From the NCBI GenBank assembly GCA_041602815.1, contig JBFIFO010000001.1, positions 14,303 to 78,302 of the forward strand: a DNA stretch of 64,000 bases, written 5' to 3'. Position 1 is the first letter of the stretch; each line of letters begins with the position of its first letter. Of this stretch, positions 34,015 to 44,687 are shown in pieces. Source of the DNA: Alphaproteobacteria bacterium. GTDB taxonomy: Bacteria > Pseudomonadota > Alphaproteobacteria > UBA8366 > JADFVY01. A program made the translations under genes and the position numbers. Below the pieces are notes generated by a model. The model was not told the DNA's origin, did no database searches, and saw only the letters and a program-made list of their open reading frames with translations.

Positions 34015-35482
34015 AGCCACGATCCTGTTGGCCGACGATGACCGCGCGATCCGCACCGTCCTGATCCAGGCCCTCGGCCGTATGGGCCATCAGGTTCGGG
34101 CCACCGGGAATGCCGCCACGTTGTGGCGGTGGATATCCGATGGGGAAGGGGACGTCGTGATCACCGACGTGGTCATGCCCGACGAGAACGGTCTCGATCT
34201 CGTGCCGAGGATCCGCAAGCTGCGGCCGGAGCTGCGGGTCATCGTCATGAGCGCACAGAACACCTTGCTGACCGCTGTAAAGGCGACGGAGAGGGGGGCT
34301 TTCGAATATATTCCGAAACCTTTTGATCTCAAGGAGTTACTGGCCATCGTCGAACGGGCCCTGACGGAGCCCAAAGCCGGATCCCCCGGATCCGGAGAAG
34401 CGGCCGGCGACGCGGCGGAGGACCAGCTCCCGCTGATCGGACGATCGCCCGTCATGCAAGAGATCTATCGTGTTCTCGCGCGACTCATGGGCACCGACCT
34501 GACCGTCCTGATCAGTGGCGAATCGGGGACCGGTAAGGAACTGATTGCGCGTGCCCTGCACGATTACGGAAAACGCCGCAACGGCCCCTTCGTCGCTGTG
34601 AATATGGCGGCAATTCCGCGCGAACTCATTGAAAGCGAGCTGTTTGGCCACGAAAAGGGGGCATTCACGGGCGCCACCATGCGTTCGCCAGGGCGCTTCG
34701 AGCAGGCCGACGGTGGCACGCTGTTTCTCGATGAAATCGGCGACATGCCGCTTGAGGCGCAAACTAGATTGCTGCGGGTCCTGCAGGAAGGTGAGTATAC
34801 CTCTGTCGGCGGCCGTACACCGATTCGCGCCAATGTCCGGATTGTGGCGGCAACGCACCGCGATCTCCGGCAACTGGTGTCACACGGACTGTTTCGCGAG
34901 GATCTGTATTTCCGGCTCAATGTCGTGCCGATTCGCGTTCCGCCCCTACGCGAACGAACGGAGGATATCCCGGAACTCGTCCGCCATTTCCAGAGCAGCA
35001 TGGCGGAGCTGGGTCTGCCGACCAAACGACTCGATACGGCGGCGATGCAGCGACTGCAGACCTATCGTTGGCCGGGCAACGTCCGCGAGCTTGAAAATCT
35101 CGTCCGGCGCCTGTCCGCGCTGTATTCGCACGACACGATCGGCGTTGACGTCGTCGAGGCCGAGCTTGCGGAGGACCCGCCCGTGGCCTCGTTACGTTAC
35201 GGCGCGCCATCGGCCAATGACGGCCTTTCGGGTGCGGTCGAGCAGCACTTGCGGTCATATTTCAACGCGCATCGGAGCGAACTCCCAGCAGCCGGGTTGT
35301 ATGACCGCGTATTACGCGAGGTCGAACGGCCTCTCATCGAACTGTCGCTGGCAGCCACCGGGGGAAATCAGATAAAGGCAGCGCAATTGCTCGGTCTCAA
35401 TCGCAACACCTTGCGAAAGAAGATCCGCGAATTGGACATCCATGTGGTCAGGGGCGTAAAATACGGCCAAAGAACGCCATGA
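34007..35482 (+). CDS. ntrC: Nitrogen regulation sigma-54-dependent response regulator NtrC
   Basis: It has a REC domain (ILLADDD), a sigma-54 AAA+ domain ([14 protein letters not shown]) and a C-terminal Fis-type HTH. Confidence 0.96.
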   Translation: MPEATILLADDDRAIRTVLIQALGRMGHQVRATGNAATLWRWISDGEGDVVITDVVMPDENGLDLVPRIRKLRPELRVIVMSAQNTLLTAVKATERGAFEYIPKPFDLKELLAIVERALTEPKAGSPGSGEAAGDAAEDQLPLIGRSPVMQEIYRVLARLMGTDLTVLISGESGTGKELIARALHDYGKRRNGPFVAVNMAAIPRELIESELFGHEKGAFTGATMRSPGRFEQADGGTLFLDEIGDMPLEAQTRLLRVLQEGEYTSVGGRTPIRANVRIVAATHRDLRQLVSHGLFREDLYFRLNVVPIRVPPLRERTEDIPELVRHFQSSMAELGLPTKRLDTAAMQRLQTYRWPGNVRELENLVRRLSALYSHDTIGVDVVEAELAEDPPVASLRYGAPSANDGLSGAVEQHLRSYFNAHRSELPAAGLYDRVLREVERPLIELSLAATGGNQIKAAQLLGLNRNTLRKKIRELDIHVVRGVKYGQRTP

Positions 35483-35489
35483 GACGGCA

Positions 35490-37751
35490 ATGATCACCAG
35501 CGAGCCCGCAGCGGAGCGCAAATTTCTGATCGACCGGGTGGCCGGCCTCTGGCGGCGTTTCCGGCTTGGCCGCATATTGGGCATTGCACTGCCGCTGGCG
35601 GCGCTGGTCGCGGGCATCGCGACCTATATTGCGTTGTCCGATACCGATCCGCTCGGCAGTCAGCCAGAGGACATACTCTACCTCCTGTACGTCGATTTCG
35701 TGCTGTTGCTGGCGCTGGCGGTCGTCGTCATGAGACGAATCGTCAAACTGTGGCTCGCCCGGCGACAGGGTTCCGCCGGTTCACGGCTCCACTCGCGCCT
35801 CAGCTTCCTGTTTGGTCTGGTCGCCGTGGCGCCGACGATTTTCGTCCTGCTCTTTTCGGTGCTATTCATCAGCTCGGGAATCCAGGACTGGTTCAGCGAA
35901 CGTGTTGCCAGCACGCTGGAGGCTGCGAACGCCGCGGCGCAGGGATATCTGAAAGAACATCAGCAGAATATTCGAGCGGACGCCCTGCGGGTGGCGCGCG
36001 ACTTGAACCGCGATGCACGGCTGCTGGAGGGCAGTCCGCGACTGCTCAACCAGGCCGTCAACCTGCAGGCGCAGTTGCGCGGGCTTACCGAGGCAATCGT
36101 GTTTGACGGCACGGGCAAGGTCCTGGCCAGGTCCGGATTGACCTTTGCCCTCGAATTCGAGGTTATCGAGAGCGCGCATATGGAAAGCGCCAGGGCCGGC
36201 GACGTGCCCATCTTCCTCAATGAGAGCGAAGATCGGGTACGGGCGTTGCTTCGCCTGGACAATTTCCTGGATGCTTACCTGTTTGTCGGACGGTTCGTCG
36301 ATGCGTCGGTTCTTTCGCACACCGAACGGACCCGGGATGCGGTGGACGAATTTTACAAGCTGAAAAGCAAGAGCACGGACATACAGATATCGTTCACGTT
36401 GATATTCCTGCTGGTCGCTCTGCTACTCGTGACCGCTGCCGTCTGGATGGGGCTTAACGTTGCTACCGAGCTCTCGCAGCCGATCAGCGAACTCATCGCG
36501 GCGGTAGACAAGGTCGGCGAAGGCGACTTGTCGGCGCGGGTGCGAGAGCTTCCCCCGGACGATGAAATCGGTTCGCTCAGCCGGGCGTTCAACCGTATGA
36601 CCGATCAGCTGGCGGAGCAGCGCCAGGAACTGATTCAGACCAATCAGCAGCTGGACGAACGCCGTCAGTTCACCGAAACGGTCCTGTCCGGCGTTTCGGC
36701 CGGCGTGATCGGTGTCGACCGGCGGGGACGGATCGACCTACCCAACAGGTCGGCGGCTCGCTTGCTTGGCATCGAGGTCGAGAGCATGATCGGCCAACCG
36801 CTGGAGAAGGTGGTACCCGAGGTTGCGGCGCTGTTCCGGGAGACAAAGCGGCGCGGTGGACGTTCTACGGAATCGCAGATCAAGATTACTCGCGGCGGCA
36901 ATGTGCGGACGTTGCTGGTGGCAATCGCGGTTGAACAGCTGAAGGGGAAGGTGATCGGCTACGTGGTGACCTTCGACGACGTCTCGGAACTGCTCGAAGC
37001 GCAATGGAAAGGCGCCTGGGCCGACGTTGCCCGCCGTATTGCGCACGAAATACGCAATCCGTTGACCCCCATCCAGCTATCGGCTGAGCGACTCAAGCGC
37101 AAATATATGGATGAGATCACATCGGACAAGGAAACCTTCGAAATCTGCACCGACACGATCGTCCGGAGGGTTGACGACATCGGCCGAATGATCGAGGAGT
37201 TTTCGAATTTCGCGCGGATGCCGGCGCCGGTCCTGCGCCTTGAGAATCTCAGTGAGCTGACCCGACAGGCCATGTTCCTGCAGCGTAACGCCCATCCGCA
37301 GATCGACTTCGTCGCCGTTATGCCGGAGGAGCCTGTATTCGCCAACTGTGATGGCCGGCAGCTCGCGCAAGTGGTCACCAATCTGCTGCAGAACGCGGCC
37401 GAAGCGCTGGAACGCGACAACGGACCGGGTGCCGAGAAACCTCGGGTGATCATGCGTCTCGCCAATGCCGACGACAGGGTGGTCATCGAGGTCGAGGACA
37501 ACGGGCCGGGACTGCCGGAAGAGGGTCGCGAAAGATTGACCGAGCCATACATCACGACTCGCCAGAGCGGTACGGGTCTCGGACTGGCGATCGTCCGCAA
37601 GATCATGGAGGATCACCGGGGCACTCTGGTTCTCGGCGACGCCGAGGGTGGCGGCGCCTGTATTCGCGTGGAACTGCCGAAGGATGGAGATAATGCAGCG
37701 GCTGCGCGCAGACAGATGACGGCGGGGGGTCCGTTGGCCAATGGCCCATGA
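35490..37751 (+). CDS. ntrY: Sensor histidine kinase NtrY
   Basis: It has N-terminal TM helices, HAMP and PAS domains, the H-box AHEIRNPLTPI and an HATPase domain. It occupies the conserved ntrYX position. Confidence 0.92.
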   Translation: MITSEPAAERKFLIDRVAGLWRRFRLGRILGIALPLAALVAGIATYIALSDTDPLGSQPEDILYLLYVDFVLLLALAVVVMRRIVKLWLARRQGSAGSRLHSRLSFLFGLVAVAPTIFVLLFSVLFISSGIQDWFSERVASTLEAANAAAQGYLKEHQQNIRADALRVARDLNRDARLLEGSPRLLNQAVNLQAQLRGLTEAIVFDGTGKVLARSGLTFALEFEVIESAHMESARAGDVPIFLNESEDRVRALLRLDNFLDAYLFVGRFVDASVLSHTERTRDAVDEFYKLKSKSTDIQISFTLIFLLVALLLVTAAVWMGLNVATELSQPISELIAAVDKVGEGDLSARVRELPPDDEIGSLSRAFNRMTDQLAEQRQELIQTNQQLDERRQFTETVLSGVSAGVIGVDRRGRIDLPNRSAARLLGIEVESMIGQPLEKVVPEVAALFRETKRRGGRSTESQIKITRGGNVRTLLVAIAVEQLKGKVIGYVVTFDDVSELLEAQWKGAWADVARRIAHEIRNPLTPIQLSAERLKRKYMDEITSDKETFEICTDTIVRRVDDIGRMIEEFSNFARMPAPVLRLENLSELTRQAMFLQRNAHPQIDFVAVMPEEPVFANCDGRQLAQVVTNLLQNAAEALERDNGPGAEKPRVIMRLANADDRVVIEVEDNGPGLPEEGRERLTEPYITTRQSGTGLGLAIVRKIMEDHRGTLVLGDAEGGGACIRVELPKDGDNAAAARRQMTAGGPLANGP

Positions 37752-39141
37752 AATTCTGATCGTCGACGACGAACCCGATATCAGGACCCAGGTCGCGGGG
37801 ATTCTCGAGGATACGGGGTATCAAACCCGTCAGGCAAGCAACAGCACGGAAGTCCTGGATGCTCTGGCCAGCCGACAGCCTGCCTTGATCATCCTCGACG
37901 TGTGGCTCGGTGACAGCGAGAAGGACGGCTTGCAGACCCTGGAGACAATCCGGCGCGATTATCCGGATCAGCAGGTGGTCATGATCAGCGGCCATGCAAC
38001 CTTCGACATGGCCGTCTCTGCGACCAAGATGGGTGCCTACGATTTTATAACCAAACCCTTCAAATCGGATGTGCTGATCCACACGGTTGAGCGGGCGCTC
38101 CGGGAACTGCGCCTGCACGAGGAAAATCTCGAGCTGCGGCGGAAAGCGGGTACCCAGACGGAGGACATCATCGGCACCTCGCCGATCATGGTTCAGCTTC
38201 GGCGCAGCATCGATCAACTTGCCCGCACCGACAGCCGCGCCCTTATCTTTGGTCCCACCGGTTCGGGGAAATCCCTTGTCGCGCGGGCCATACACCGGGC
38301 GTCGCCACGCGCTCGAGGCAGGTTTGTCGTCCTGAACTGTGCGACGTTGGAGCCGGACCGCAGCGACGCCGTCCTTTTCGGGCTCGAACCACATGCCGGC
38401 AAGCCGCGCGGAGTGGGCGTCTTCGAGAAGGCGCATGGCGGAACCCTCGTGCTCGAGGAGGTTGGGGCGCTCTCGCGGCAGGCGCAAGCCAAGATCGTCG
38501 GGCTGCTCCACGACAACACGTTCCGACGGCTCGGCGGCAACAAATTGATCGACGTGGATACGCGTGTTCTCGCGACGACCACCCAGAACCTCAAGTCGGA
38601 GGTCGATGCGGGACGGTTCAACGAAGACCTCTATTACCGCCTGAACGTGGTGCCGCTCGAAGTGCCACCGCTGCACGTCCGCCGCCGGGATATTCCCGGG
38701 CTCGTTCGCTATCTCATACCACGAATCGCGGCCGAAAAGGACCAACCACCGCCGATCCTGAATGCCGATGCCATCGACGCCCTGGAAGGACATGACTGGC
38801 CGGGCAATCTGTGGGAGCTGACCAACGTAATCGAACGGCTTCTGCTGACCGCGCGCAGTGCCGACGACCACACGATCAAAGCCTCGTCCGTCGCCGCTGC
38901 GATCGGCGAGGGAGTTCGCAACGCGACACGCTGGGATCATAATCTTCAGGTCCTCAACCGGCCGCTCCGCGAGGCGCGGGAGGCATTCGAAAAGGAATAT
39001 ATGCAGTTCCATCTGACGCGCTTCGGCGGCAACATAAGTCGCACTGCGGAGTTTGTCGGCATGGATCGAGCCGCCCTGCATCGTAAACTCAAGACGCTTG
39101 GCGTGACGGCACCCGAAAGATCAGAAGGGGCGGACGCCTGA
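37741..39141 (+). CDS. ntrX: Response regulator NtrX
   Basis: It has a REC domain (ILIVDDEPD), an AAA-like domain (GPTGSGKS) without an intact GAFTGA loop, and a C-terminal HTH. This is typical of NtrX. Confidence 0.92.
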   Translation: MAHEILIVDDEPDIRTQVAGILEDTGYQTRQASNSTEVLDALASRQPALIILDVWLGDSEKDGLQTLETIRRDYPDQQVVMISGHATFDMAVSATKMGAYDFITKPFKSDVLIHTVERALRELRLHEENLELRRKAGTQTEDIIGTSPIMVQLRRSIDQLARTDSRALIFGPTGSGKSLVARAIHRASPRARGRFVVLNCATLEPDRSDAVLFGLEPHAGKPRGVGVFEKAHGGTLVLEEVGALSRQAQAKIVGLLHDNTFRRLGGNKLIDVDTRVLATTTQNLKSEVDAGRFNEDLYYRLNVVPLEVPPLHVRRRDIPGLVRYLIPRIAAEKDQPPPILNADAIDALEGHDWPGNLWELTNVIERLLLTARSADDHTIKASSVAAAIGEGVRNATRWDHNLQVLNRPLREAREAFEKEYMQFHLTRFGGNISRTAEFVGMDRAALHRKLKTLGVTAPERSEGADA

Positions 39142-39166
39142 GTCCGACAGCGGGAAATTTCACCAT

Positions 39167-40552
39167 ATGAAGGTAATTGTCTGTGGAGCCGGGCAGGTCG
39201 GGTTCAACATTGCCCAGTATCTGGCGATGGAAAACAACGATGTCACGGTGATTGACCAGGCGGCCGACCTGATTGGCAAGGTCAACGATCTCCTCGACGT
39301 GCAGGCGCTGGTGGGTTACGCGTCGCATCCTGACGTGCTCGAGCAGGCCGGAGCCGCCGATTCCGACATGTTGATCGCGGTCACCTACGCCGACGAAGTC
39401 AACATGGTCGCCTGCCAGATTGCCCACTCGTTGTTCAATGTTCCGACCAAGATCGCGCGTGTGCGGCAGCAGAGTTATCTCAATCCGATGTGGGCCGACC
39501 TGTTCAGCCGGGAACACCTGCCGATCGATGTCATAATTTCGCCCGAGATTGAAGTGGCGCGGGCCATCGGCCGCCGAATGAGCGTGCCGGGCGCGTTCGA
39601 CATGATCCCCCTTGCCGATGGTAAGGTCCGCGTGGTTGGCGTTCGATGCACAGAACGGTGTCCGGTCATCAATACGCCACTCCGGCAGCTTACGTCGCTG
39701 TTTCCGGAGCTGAACATCATCGTCGTGGGCATCCTGCGCGACGGTGAGCCGATTGTGCCAACGTCCAACAGTCAGATGCGCGCTGACGATGAGGTGTATT
39801 TCGTGGCTGATACGGCACATTTGCCGCGAGCGATGGCAGCCTTCGGGCATGACGAGAAATCGGCACGAAAAGTCGTCATCGTGGGCGGTGGAAACATCGG
39901 CCTCAACCTTGCGCGTGAACTCAGCGAAGCGCGCAAGGGCATATCGACGAAGGTCATCGAGATCGACCGCGAGCGGGCCCGAAAGGTCGCTCAGGCGCTT
40001 CCTGCGGTCACCGTCATCCAGGGCGATGCATTGGACAGCGATATCCTCGAGGAGGCAAACGTGGCGACGGCGGAAGCTGTCGTGGCCGTGTCCAATGACG
40101 ACGAGACCAATATCCTGGCGTCGCTGCTGGCCAAGCGCAGCGGCGTCGAGCGTGCGGTTACGCTGATCAACAAGCCGTCCTACGGCCCGCTGATCACGAC
40201 ATTGGGGATCGATGTCGTGGTCAGCCCCAGGGCCATTACCGTATCGACGATTCTGCAGCACGTGCGACGCGGCCGGATCAGGTCAGTCCACTCGCTCGGT
40301 GACGGATTCGCGGAGATCATCGAGGCGGAGGCCCTGGAAACGTCTCCGCTGGTCGGTACGGCGCTCAACGAGATCGAGTTGCCGGACGGTGTGATCATCG
40401 GTGCGGTCGTTCGCGGCGGCCAGGATGGTCAGGTGATCATTCCGCGGGGATCGACGGTCATTGAGGGCAACGATCGGGTGATCCTGCTCGCGACGGCAGA
40501 TGCCGTCAAACAGGCGGAGAAGATGTTCACGGTCGGCCTGGAATTCTTCTGA
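39167..40552 (+). CDS. trkA: Trk system potassium uptake protein TrkA
   Basis: Tandem TrkA-N Rossmann folds (GAGQVG, GGGNIG) and TrkA-C domains. Confidence 0.95.
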   Translation: MKVIVCGAGQVGFNIAQYLAMENNDVTVIDQAADLIGKVNDLLDVQALVGYASHPDVLEQAGAADSDMLIAVTYADEVNMVACQIAHSLFNVPTKIARVRQQSYLNPMWADLFSREHLPIDVIISPEIEVARAIGRRMSVPGAFDMIPLADGKVRVVGVRCTERCPVINTPLRQLTSLFPELNIIVVGILRDGEPIVPTSNSQMRADDEVYFVADTAHLPRAMAAFGHDEKSARKVVIVGGGNIGLNLARELSEARKGISTKVIEIDRERARKVAQALPAVTVIQGDALDSDILEEANVATAEAVVAVSNDDETNILASLLAKRSGVERAVTLINKPSYGPLITTLGIDVVVSPRAITVSTILQHVRRGRIRSVHSLGDGFAEIIEAEALETSPLVGTALNEIELPDGVIIGAVVRGGQDGQVIIPRGSTVIEGNDRVILLATADAVKQAEKMFTVGLEFF

Positions 40553-40572
40553 GCGAGAGGGGATGTCCGGAC

Positions 40573-41436
40573 ATGACGCGTCTCGCATACGTCAACGGAC
40601 GGTACCTGCCGCATCGGCTGGCCGCCGTGCATATCGAGGATCGCGGCTACCAGTTCGCGGACGGCGTCTATGAGGTTGTGACCGTGGTGGCGGGGCAGGC
40701 GGTCGACGAAGGTCCGCATTTCGACCGGCTCGAACGCTCGTTGTCGGAAGTAGCGATGGCCATGCCAATGAGCCGTCGCGTCCTCCAGCTCATCGGACGC
40801 GAGCTGATCCGCCGAAACTGTGTTCGTAACGGTTTGCTCTATATCCAGGTGACGCGTGGCGTGGCGCCACGCGATCACAAGTTTCCTGTTCAGACACGAC
40901 CCGCACTGGTGATGACGACGAGGCATATCGACTTCGCGTCCCAACCGAAATTCAGCGACGGTGTCGCCGTCATCACCATACCCGACCAGCGCTGGGCCCG
41001 GCGCGATATCAAGACAATCAGCCTGCTACCGAATTGCCTGGGCAAGCAACAGGCTGCAGACGCCGGCGCATACGAGGCCTGGCTGGTCGACACCGACGGA
41101 CTGGTTACTGAGGGGACTTCGTCCAATGCGTGGATCGTTACGTCAGAGGGACGTCTCGTAACGCGTCAGCTCGGCAACGAAATCCTGCACGGCGTGACGC
41201 GCCGCACGATCCTGATGATTGCCGCCGAAGAAGGCATTGAACTGGAAGAACGCCCATTCAGCGCGGACGAAGCGAGGACCGCCGCCGAGGCGTTCGTGAC
41301 CAGCGCAACATCATTTGTCACACCGGTCGTGCGTATCGACGACGCAGTGATCGGGGATGGTACTCCAGGGCCATTGTCGCGCCGGCTCCTCGCGTGGTAC
41401 CGCGATTACATGAACGGTGTGAGGCAGACCGGATGA
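40573..41436 (+). CDS. Class IV aminotransferase (D-amino-acid transaminase-like)
   Basis: 287 aa with the EDRGYQFADGVYE motif. It is in the same position as dat upstream of hfq in Rhizobiales. Confidence 0.85.
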   Translation: MTRLAYVNGRYLPHRLAAVHIEDRGYQFADGVYEVVTVVAGQAVDEGPHFDRLERSLSEVAMAMPMSRRVLQLIGRELIRRNCVRNGLLYIQVTRGVAPRDHKFPVQTRPALVMTTRHIDFASQPKFSDGVAVITIPDQRWARRDIKTISLLPNCLGKQQAADAGAYEAWLVDTDGLVTEGTSSNAWIVTSEGRLVTRQLGNEILHGVTRRTILMIAAEEGIELEERPFSADEARTAAEAFVTSATSFVTPVVRIDDAVIGDGTPGPLSRRLLAWYRDYMNGVRQTG

Positions 41437-42089
41437 CCAGTGGGCGTTCGCGCCCCGAGGCCATCGTGTTTGACTGGGACAATACGCTCGTCGACACTTG
41501 GCCGGTGATCCACGATGCGCTGGCGGTCACGTTCCGGGCCATGGGGCATTCCAGTTGGACCTTCGAGGAGACGCGCACGCGGGTTCGCCGGTCCCTGCGC
41601 GATGCCTTTCCGCGTCTGTTCGGCGAGCGCTGGAAGGAGGCGCGAGGAATCTTCTACGACGCCTTCGAACGTGTCCACATCGAGCGCCTCCGGCCGCTTG
41701 ACGATGCCGACGAACTTCTCGGCGCCTTGTCCCAGATGGGCGTCTATCTCGCGGTTCTAAGCAATAAGACGGGCCGGTACCTGCGCGCCGAGGCGGCGCA
41801 TCTCGGATGGACGGGGTATTTCGATTGTCTGGTCGGCGCAGGCGATGCGGCACGGGATAAGCCCGCGCCGGAGGCGCTGCAGCTCGCGCTGGCGCGGGCG
41901 CCGGTCGGGCCAGGGCAACGCGTCTGGATCGTCGGCGATGCGGGATTAGATATGGAAGTCGCGCACAAGACCGGGTGCCGACCGGTGCTGCTGAACCGGG
42001 ACCCCGGCGACTCCGAATTCGCCGCATGGCCGCCCGGCCATTGCTTTGCGAGTTGTAGAACGCTATTAGAATACATAGAAGGGTGGTAA
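41433..42089 (+). CDS. HAD-superfamily hydrolase (phosphoglycolate phosphatase-like)
   Basis: It has the DxDxT motif (VFDWDNTLVD), SNK and GDAGLD. The ATG at 41433 overlaps the upstream stop (ATGA). Confidence 0.8.
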   Translation: MTSGRSRPEAIVFDWDNTLVDTWPVIHDALAVTFRAMGHSSWTFEETRTRVRRSLRDAFPRLFGERWKEARGIFYDAFERVHIERLRPLDDADELLGALSQMGVYLAVLSNKTGRYLRAEAAHLGWTGYFDCLVGAGDAARDKPAPEALQLALARAPVGPGQRVWIVGDAGLDMEVAHKTGCRPVLLNRDPGDSEFAAWPPGHCFASCRTLLEYIEGW

Positions 42090-42210
42090 TGCATCGCGCC
42101 TGTCATATAATCGTTGGCGTTCCGGCGCATTGGACCCATATTAATCGGTGGAGCCTGAGCCGGGGGGGCGCGGGCACCCAAACAAACAGCCAAGAATTTC
42201 GGGGCGAAAA

Positions 42211-42474
42211 ATGTCGACAGAAAAGAGCCAGAACGTACAGGACGTGTTCTTGAACCATGTCCGGAAGAACAAGCTGCCGGTTACCGTCTTCCTTGTGAAC
42301 GGTGTCAAGCTTCAGGGGATTATCACGTGGTTCGATAATTTCTCGGTGTTGTTGCGGCGGGATGCGCATTCGCAGCTTGTGTACAAACATGCAATTTCGA
42401 CGGTGATGCCTGCGCAGCCGATTCAGTTGTTCGAGGCGGATCGGACCGAGGCTGAAGCCGTTCCGGCGGGCTGA
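42211..42474 (+). CDS. hfq: RNA chaperone Hfq
   Basis: The Sm1/Sm2 motifs are [40 protein letters not shown] and YKHAISTV. The start is trimmed to the ATG at 42211. Confidence 0.97.
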   Translation: MSTEKSQNVQDVFLNHVRKNKLPVTVFLVNGVKLQGIITWFDNFSVLLRRDAHSQLVYKHAISTVMPAQPIQLFEADRTEAEAVPAG

Positions 42475-42487
42475 ACCGCCGACCGGA

Positions 42488-43786
42488 GTGCCGGATAAAA
42501 ATCATCTAGAAGCAAACCACACGGGCCGCGCACTGGTCCTGCATCCCGTCGTTGTCAACGGGGGCCCGGCGCGCGACCCGTTGGCGCGATTGGACGAGGC
42601 CGTTGGCCTCGCGCGGGCAATTGACCTCGAGGTCGTTGACGCGCAGACAATCAGGGCCGCGCCGATTCGACCTTCGACATTCATCCGCAAGGGACTGGTC
42701 GAGCGGTTTACGTCTCTGATCGAGAATGAGGACATTGATCTCGTCGTCGTCGATACGTCACTGGCACCGATTCAGCAGCGCAATCTCGAACGGGCGTGGA
42801 AGACGAAGGTCATCGACCGGACCGGTCTCATACTGGAAATCTTCGGCGCACGGGCACGCACCCGGGAAGGCGCCATGCAGGTGGAACTTGCGGCCCTCAG
42901 TTACCAGCGGTCGCGTCTGGTGCGCAGCTGGACGCATCTGGAGCGGCAGCGCGGCGGTTTCGGATTTCTTGGTGGCCCGGGCGAAAGCCAGCTGGAAATC
43001 GACCGCAGGCTGATCGGTGAGCGCATCGCTCGGCTGCGTCGCGACCTCGCCGAGGTCAAGCGGACCCGCGCGCTCCACCGCCGGGCACGACGCCGCGTGC
43101 CGTATCCGATTATCGCCATGGTCGGTTACACCAATGCGGGGAAGTCGACGCTGTTCAACCGGCTGACACGGGCCGACGTGCTGGCCAAGGACATGCTGTT
43201 TGCGACGCTCGACCCGACCATGCGGTCTCTTGACCTGCCCTCGGGACGTACTGTGGTGCTTTCCGATACGGTCGGTTTCATTTCCGATCTGCCGACCCAG
43301 TTGGTAGCGGCGTTCCATGCAACCCTCGAGGAAGTCATTGAGGCCGACATCATTCTTCACGTGCGAGATATCGCGCATCGCGACAGCGAGGCGCAGAAGC
43401 GCGAAGTCGAAGCAGTACTTGCGGAACTTGGGCTGCAGCACGCGCGACCTCTCGAGGTGCTGAACAAGACAGACCTGCTCGATGCGGAAACGCATGCGAT
43501 GGTCCGCAACCGGGCCGCCCGGACCGAGGACAGCGTCGCCGTTTCCGCGGTGACCGGGGAGGGCTGTGAGGATCTGCTGCGGCTGCTGGATCGCCGCCTT
43601 GCGGAAAGCAGGCACGTTGTTGACATCGAGGTCAGTCTTGCCGACGGCGCGGCTCTGGCGTGGCTGTACCGTCATGGCGAGATTCTGGAGCGCCACGATG
43701 AGGGCATGTCGACGCATATCGTCGTGGCTCTCGATGCCGATGAGGAGGCTCAGTTTCGAAGCCGATTTCAAGGCCCGAGAGTTTGA
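42488..43786 (+). CDS. hflX: GTPase HflX
   Basis: It has the G-motifs GYTNAGKST, DTVGF and NKTD, and sits directly after hfq. Confidence 0.95.
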   Translation: MPDKNHLEANHTGRALVLHPVVVNGGPARDPLARLDEAVGLARAIDLEVVDAQTIRAAPIRPSTFIRKGLVERFTSLIENEDIDLVVVDTSLAPIQQRNLERAWKTKVIDRTGLILEIFGARARTREGAMQVELAALSYQRSRLVRSWTHLERQRGGFGFLGGPGESQLEIDRRLIGERIARLRRDLAEVKRTRALHRRARRRVPYPIIAMVGYTNAGKSTLFNRLTRADVLAKDMLFATLDPTMRSLDLPSGRTVVLSDTVGFISDLPTQLVAAFHATLEEVIEADIILHVRDIAHRDSEAQKREVEAVLAELGLQHARPLEVLNKTDLLDAETHAMVRNRAARTEDSVAVSAVTGEGCEDLLRLLDRRLAESRHVVDIEVSLADGAALAWLYRHGEILERHDEGMSTHIVVALDADEEAQFRSRFQGPRV

Positions 43787-44598
43787 GTTTGGTGGTTGAC
43801 CTGCCCGATTCGGACAAAGTCGTCGCGATCATTCGCGAGACCGCGGAACGCGATATCATTCCGCGATTCCAGCGCCTGCAGCGGCACGAGGTGATGGAAA
43901 AGCAGGCCGGTGAAGTGGTTACGATCGCCGACATCGAGGCCGAACGCAGGCTCTCGCGCCGCCTTCCCGAACTCGTTCCAGGATCGCAGGTTGTTGGCGA
44001 GGAGGCCGTAGCAAAAAACCCGGCGGTGCTCGACAGGTTAGTTTCCGGGGGGCCTGCGTGGCTGGTCGATCCGGTCGACGGGACCGGGAATTTCGCCGCC
44101 GGAAGCCCGGTCTTTGCAGTCATTGTGTGTTTTCTTGTCGATGGCAGGAGCCGGGCAGGCTGGATCCATGACCCGGTATCCGGCAACACGGCCATCGCAT
44201 TTGAGGGGGAGGGAGCATGGTATGCGGGGCAGCGGCTGTCGGTCAGCCAGCCGGTCCCGCTCGAGACGATGATCGGATCCCTGAACTACAGCTATTTCCC
44301 GCATGATATGCGTGAGGCGGTTCGCCGGCGCGCCCGTGCCTTCCGACAGCTGCGCACCTATCGATGCGCCGCGCACGACTATATTTCGCTGGCCCGCGGC
44401 GAAAAACATTTCTCGCTCTACCGGAGACTCTGGCCCTGGGATCACGCGGCGGGAATCCTGTTGCTGCAGGAAGCGGGAGGCTACAGTGCTCGGCTCGACG
44501 GTCGACCATACCGCGCCAGCGACCGGGTCGAAGGCCTGCTGTCGACCACGGATGCCCAATCTTGGCACGCGATCAAAAACTTCCTGCAGACGGCGTGA
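43783..44598 (+). CDS. Inositol monophosphatase family protein
   Basis: It has the WLVDPVDGTGNF metal-binding motif and a WPWD C-terminal motif. The TTG start overlaps the hflX stop, and the exact start is uncertain. Confidence 0.8.
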   Translation: MSLVVDLPDSDKVVAIIRETAERDIIPRFQRLQRHEVMEKQAGEVVTIADIEAERRLSRRLPELVPGSQVVGEEAVAKNPAVLDRLVSGGPAWLVDPVDGTGNFAAGSPVFAVIVCFLVDGRSRAGWIHDPVSGNTAIAFEGEGAWYAGQRLSVSQPVPLETMIGSLNYSYFPHDMREAVRRRARAFRQLRTYRCAAHDYISLARGEKHFSLYRRLWPWDHAAGILLLQEAGGYSARLDGRPYRASDRVEGLLSTTDAQSWHAIKNFLQTA

Positions 44599-44687
44599 CC
44601 GACGTTGAGATCGCCACGCAACGACTTTAGGATGCGGCCGATTCCACCACCCACCTTCCCGCAGCGTATTTCCGGAGGACGAACGTT

